Assembly (NCBI GenBank): GCA_965367815.1
Contig: CBDUKN010000009.1
Location: forward strand, 21,085-85,084
DNA: 64,000 nucleotides
Direction of reading: 5' to 3'
Source: an uncultured Thermoprotei archaeon
GTDB taxonomy: Archaea; Thermoproteota; Thermoprotei; Thermofilales; B15-G2
Shown here in pieces: positions 59,605-64,000 of this stretch. The position numbers were made by a program, and so were the translations under genes. The notes under the pieces are model-generated. The model was not told where the DNA came from. It searched no databases and saw nothing but the letters and a program-made list of their open reading frames with translations. Within the stretch, counting starts at the first letter, position 1; each line of letters begins with the position of its first letter.

Positions 59605-61185
59605 TTACTGCTTCTTGCTGATTATTTGAACTAGATTGTCTACTAGTTTTTTGTTGTCTGCTATACTTAAGTAGGGGTCGAGTAGTATTGATGAGTCGCC
59701 TACTACTATAACGTTTTTCGCTGCAACAACTACCGTGTATTTCCCTGGAGTTTCTAGTAAATTGTGTACTGAAGCATTGTAAGTCTGAACTAGCGGAGTC
59801 GCGTTAAAATATATGTGCGCAGCAGTGAAGAACACTAAAGTAGTTATATTCGCTAATAGTGGATGACTTTTATCAACTGGATAAGCTTCAATATTCCTAT
59901 ATATTCCGTAGTGGTGGTACATGTCATAGATATATCCTGCTGCGAAGAATATGCCAAATTCAGTAGACAGTATATTCATATCGGTTGGCAGCGCGTAAGC
60001 CGGATCATAGAGTAATACAAGGAGCCCTCCTCTCTTGACGTATTCTTTAATACAGTCTATTTCTCTTTCCGAATACGGCTTAGTTGGTGTAAAAACTATT
60101 AGTGCCCGCGGATTCTCTTTAAGCGCACTACAAAGGTCTTTTTCAATAAAGGATACTTTCATTCCTTTTTCAGTGATCTTTCCGAAGAAATAGGTCATGA
60201 GCGGCGGTACGAAGAGATTTCCGTGCGACACATCAATAGCCACTGTGCTTGAGTAAGATTCTTTAGCGTAAGTGTACCTGGACACCATTTTTTCTAAAAG
60301 TTTCGCAGAGTCATCGACTACATAGAAGGGAGACAAGTACAGCAGCGAGAGAGGCTCTCTATTCACTTCCACTAAAGTAGACAAGTTCAGCAGAGTCCTG
60401 TTTTTCCAGAGCTTAGCCCCATAGCCGACCACTCCATACCGCTTCTCAACAAGCGCAGTAACATCTACGAGAACATATTTCCTCAAATACACTTTCTCAG
60501 ATATCTTAGCTATCGCCTGAGGAATCCCTCCCACATCATCTACAAGCCCCAACTCCTTCGCAGTAGTACCCGGATAAAGCTTCCCCAGTAGCAGCTCTTC
60601 TTTAGTCACTTTAAGTCTCCCTTCCCTTCTCTCAAGAACCCTGTTCACGAAGTTATCTGCAGCTCTTTCCACTACTTTAGGGAAATCTTTGTAAGAAAAC
60701 CCCGCATACTTGTAGGGCCCCGACTCGTAGACAACCTCAGAAGGCACTATAATCGACGGCGCGAGAGCTATTACACCAATATTACCTACAAAAGACGTCG
60801 GAGACGCTACAATATAGTCAGAGGAAAGCGAAACATAGTAGCCCCCCGACGCAGCAATACCATCTATAACTACGACAAGAGGCTTCTTCTCCGAAATCTT
60901 CCTCAAAAGAAAGTATATCTCCTCAACAATAGAAGCATAGCCACCAGGAGAATTCACTAAAACAATCACAGCCACATAGCTATCATTCCTCTCAATCTCA
61001 TTGAACACACGCAAATACAGCTCACGGTCACTATCACTTATAATATACCCGTAAACCTTAACAACCGCTATAACCTGAGGCTTAGTCAGCACCGGTATAA
61101 CGAAGAAGTATACAGAGAACACCGAGAGAACAATCAGAGCAACGCCCACAGCCCCTAAAACAACCTTCTTCCTACTATACAGCAT
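59605..61185 (-). CDS. sppA: S49 (SppA-like) peptidase fused to a DUF4350/GldG-like domain
   Basis: N-terminal TM; VNSPGG, AASGGYY, VGNIGV, GPYK, AKELGLVD; C-term IDVSHGN, IKEYVKRGG.LVLL, VVGDS, DNKKLVDNLV. Confidence 0.85.
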   Translation of the reverse strand: MLYSRKKVVLGAVGVALIVLSVFSVYFFVIPVLTKPQVIAVVKVYGYIISDSDRELYLRVFNEIERNDSYVAVIVLVNSPGGYASIVEEIYFLLRKISEKKPLVVVIDGIAASGGYYVSLSSDYIVASPTSFVGNIGVIALAPSIIVPSEVVYESGPYKYAGFSYKDFPKVVERAADNFVNRVLERREGRLKVTKEELLLGKLYPGTTAKELGLVDDVGGIPQAIAKISEKVYLRKYVLVDVTALVEKRYGVVGYGAKLWKNRTLLNLSTLVEVNREPLSLLYLSPFYVVDDSAKLLEKMVSRYTYAKESYSSTVAIDVSHGNLFVPPLMTYFFGKITEKGMKVSFIEKDLCSALKENPRALIVFTPTKPYSEREIDCIKEYVKRGGLLVLLYDPAYALPTDMNILSTEFGIFFAAGYIYDMYHHYGIYRNIEAYPVDKSHPLLANITTLVFFTAAHIYFNATPLVQTYNASVHNLLETPGKYTVVVAAKNVIVVGDSSILLDPYLSIADNKKLVDNLVQIISKKQ

Positions 61186-61366
61186 ACGAAAACCACACCA
61201 AACAGAATATAAGGCTTCCGATTAAAACCACAAACACAAACACCATCAAGTTTCAACAACCACCAACACACCAGGCTAAAACACTATAAAAACCATCTAC
61301 AGCATCAAAAACACGACAAAACACACAGGAAAGAAAGCTTATATATTAGACCAAGATATCTCTCAC

Positions 61367-61442
61367 GCCGCCGTGGTGTAGGGGTCAACACGTCGGCCTG
61401 TGGAGCCGAAGAACCCGGGTTCGAGTCCCGGCGGCGGCCCCA
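61367..61442 (+). tRNA. tRNA-His(GTG), CCA encoded, no genomic G-1
   Basis: TCGGC-CT GTG GA-GCCGA; discriminator C; base before +1 is C. Confidence 0.95.
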
Positions 61443-61806
61443 CAACTCCTCACAAAAACTTCTACAACAAATAACAAAACACACAAAATAAACGCCGTAT
61501 CTTCTCCACTAAACATAACCACCACTCCTATACACCTTCACTAGAAAACACTCGATTCCCGTTTGAATGAAATTATTAAATATCTGGAATTTTTATGATT
61601 TGTTTAATAAATTTGTTGAGCAATAAGTGAAATTGAAGACGATTCTAGACTCTATTTACTTGACAGAATCTTAGTAGAAGGAAATTTAAGTTGCTTAAAT
61701 TAAGAAAATTTCTGGCGAGAACTATGTTCTAGTATTTTGTTTTGATCTGTCTTAGGGCTTAATGTAGTGAGTTTTATTTTTATGCAAGTATATAGTAGTT
61801 TGGAGA

Positions 61807-62433
61807 ATGGCTGAAGCTGTAGGTACTGTTGCTAAAGAAATAGCAAGAGAAGTAGCTATTAAAGCTGGAGAAAATGTACTTCGGAGTATATTTAGTCACC
61901 TTATTGATAAGTTAAGGAGAAGAAAAGTTCCAGCTATATTCTTCTTAGTCTACTGTTTTGATTCGCCGGTAGCGTTAGAGGAACTTGCTAGTGAAATAGT
62001 TTCTACATTAAAGTCTCTAGGTGTAGATGATAGAGGTTTTATTGGAGAAGACGTGCGTGTAAGCTATGATATGACTTTCCTGCTAGATGATGTTTTGTCT
62101 TCAATACCCGATGACCCAGGATACTTTGAGCTCAGTGAAGAGGAATTTGAGGAGTATAGTAATCAAGTAGTTAAGCTAGTAGTTTCTCTTGATGTTTTAA
62201 AGTGGAGTCGCAGAACCTTGAAGAATGCGTACTCGATATTGCATCGAATAATTGATGATATTAGAGGGAAATACAATGGTGGTTATAGAGCTTTTCTAAT
62301 TGTAAGAGGAAAAATCGATAAAAGTCTTCCAGTAATATATTCTACAAAGAAAGAAACAGTACTAGAAGCAGATCCTATTAAACTGGGACCAGATGGTGTA
62401 AACAAGTTAGTGAAACTGCCGCCGGTGATCTAG
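61807..62433 (+). CDS. Hypothetical protein
   Basis: 208-aa ORF with GGAG SD; abuts the next ORF. Confidence 0.75.
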   Translation: MAEAVGTVAKEIAREVAIKAGENVLRSIFSHLIDKLRRRKVPAIFFLVYCFDSPVALEELASEIVSTLKSLGVDDRGFIGEDVRVSYDMTFLLDDVLSSIPDDPGYFELSEEEFEEYSNQVVKLVVSLDVLKWSRRTLKNAYSILHRIIDDIRGKYNGGYRAFLIVRGKIDKSLPVIYSTKKETVLEADPIKLGPDGVNKLVKLPPVI

Positions 62434-63138
62434 TTGGTTTCCTGTAAATTCGTCGGAGTAGAGAATATAGATGCTGTCAAAGACCTTATTTTCAGCGGCA
62501 AAAACGAATTTGTTTATGATAAGACTAGGGAAGGAGAGGAATTGAAAATATACGTGGATTCAACTGAAAAGAACAAGTACGGTTTTCTCTCAAAATGTTA
62601 CATTGACTACATCGTTAACTTATACAACAGAACTAGAGGAAATTTCCAAGTAGTGGTTTCAGAATCTTTTGAAATCCAGCTCTACGTCAACGAGCAGCCT
62701 CCACTACTAGCTATTTTCGCTCCAAAAAATTTAGCTCAAAAAATACTTTACCCTATTAGAAGTAAAACACAGCTGATTACAATTATCTTCGATTTAAGCG
62801 GAAAATACGAGAAAATAAAGTCTCATCCAGCGTTCCAAGACGTAAAGCAACTTAAGTTAAGTAACATAGCGGACCCCTATTTAGAAAAAGCGGCTTTCTA
62901 CGGAAGAAAAATAACATACTCGCCTATAGTTGAAACCATTGCCGTAAGCATAGGAGCTAAATTCAACGCACTAGCCATAGTCTACAGAAACATCTGGGTG
63001 CTCGTCACAGCAGACGCACGAATGTTTACACCCATTCCAGCACGCAAGCTCCCAGGAACAAAACCCGGCTTCTTCCTAGACCTATACAAGGAACTCAAGA
63101 AAATAGACGCTGTAAAATACCAGCAACCCCTTTACTAG
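62434..63138 (+). CDS. Hypothetical beta-rich protein
   Basis: 234-aa ORF starting immediately after the upstream stop. Confidence 0.75.
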   Translation: MVSCKFVGVENIDAVKDLIFSGKNEFVYDKTREGEELKIYVDSTEKNKYGFLSKCYIDYIVNLYNRTRGNFQVVVSESFEIQLYVNEQPPLLAIFAPKNLAQKILYPIRSKTQLITIIFDLSGKYEKIKSHPAFQDVKQLKLSNIADPYLEKAAFYGRKITYSPIVETIAVSIGAKFNALAIVYRNIWVLVTADARMFTPIPARKLPGTKPGFFLDLYKELKKIDAVKYQQPLY

Positions 63139-63194
63139 CCCTAAAATCCACACCCCCTCCTCAAGCCCACAACTACCTGCCCCGCGCGAGATGA

Positions 63195-64000
63195 TTATTT
63201 GAGCCGCTGTTTTACTGGTGCGTGGATGATGTTTATTGCGGCCATGATGTCGCGGTCCCAGGTTCTGCCGCATTTGGGGCAGATAAGTGTTTTGTAGTTT
63301 CTGTGGTGAGCTTTGCCTCGACAGCAGGGTGTGAGTGTTGATGTGTAGGCTGGATCTACCTCATAGACCTTGACTCTGCGGGAAGTAGAGTGTAGGAGGA
63401 TCTTCTTTAGAGTGAAGTAGGCCCACCTCTTAGTCTTGTCGCAGTGCGAGGCCTTTCTGTTGATGGAGGATAGGTCCTCTATTTTGACTACGGTAGAGCC
63501 GATTCGAGAGAGTTTTGAGGCAATTCCAGCTACAAGAGAACAGGCGTTCCTAAGCCTAATCTTATACAGGCGAGTCCAAGTAGCGCTAGCTCGCCTAAGC
63601 AGGTAGCTGAGCTCAACCGAGAAAAGCCACGGAGCCTCGCGTAAACCTAGCTCAGTGAGCTTCGAGTAGACGAGCCGTCTGACGCTCCGGTATTCGGGGA
63701 GAGCTCCGGGGACTCTGAGGCGTCCGCAGAGAGGCTTTAAGCCCAGCGAAGAAAGAACCTCGAGTTCTTCAGCATATTTCCTGGCGAGAGAGTCGACGAG
63801 AGGCTCGATGTACTCGAGAAAAGGCTCCGCGACACGCACTCTGAAAACAGCGTAGAAGTAGCCGCGCACCTCGAGAACCTCGGCCCGCACCGAGGCATCA
63901 GCCAGGATCCTCAGAGCGTCGGCGCCGCAGCCGCGCACCAGAACAGCGACACCCAGCTCCCGAACATTATTGTCCACGCCCACAGCGAACACAATAATCC
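63195..64000 (-). CDS. tnpB: TnpB/Cas12f-like RuvC protein, 3' part (N-terminus beyond window)
   Basis: RuvC-I AVGVDNN, RuvC-II VKIEDL, VDPAYTS, Zn ribbon, RuvC-III DRDIMAAINI. Confidence 0.85.
   Translation of the reverse strand, partial: IIVFAVGVDNNVRELGVAVLVRGCGADALRILADASVRAEVLEVRGYFYAVFRVRVAEPFLEYIEPLVDSLARKYAEELEVLSSLGLKPLCGRLRVPGALPEYRSVRRLVYSKLTELGLREAPWLFSVELSYLLRRASATWTRLYKIRLRNACSLVAGIASKLSRIGSTVVKIEDLSSINRKASHCDKTKRWAYFTLKKILLHSTSRRVKVYEVDPAYTSTLTPCCRGKAHHRNYKTLICPKCGRTWDRDIMAAINIIHAPVKQRLK

Overview
Archaeal chromosome segment. It is most consistent with a TACK crenarchaeote, probably Thermofilales/Thermoproteales-like; this is inferred from rpS26e, rpL38e, Elf1, PolB3 and tRNA introns at non-canonical positions. 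Most of the window is core information-processing and housekeeping genes: primase-GINS-L44e-S27e-aIF2a-Nop10 cluster, polB, dnaG, tiaS, dph5, argS, cdc6, glyA and others. I read 14 tRNA genes; five carry bulge-helix-bulge (BHB) introns, at positions 22/23, 37/38 and 59/60. There is also one C/D box guide RNA (predicted target: the 23S U2552 equivalent) and two H/ACA-like RNAs. Accessory DNA sits next to tRNAs. (i) An ~8 kb island after tRNA-Arg(TCT) holds an integrase remnant, RHH proteins, a palindrome-rich non-coding block, a DUF3800-like gene with a convergent structured RNA, and an Hsp20 / wHTH / BrxD-like ATPase / HEPN operon, which is the best candidate for an undescribed defence or stress system. 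(ii) Decayed HEAT-repeat genes lie beside tRNA-iMet. (iii) An unknown two-gene operon and an atypical TnpB follow tRNA-His. A cryptic TnpB 3' remnant lies among K-turn RNAs between dnaG and rimI. All family calls come from motif recognition by eye; no database searches were run.
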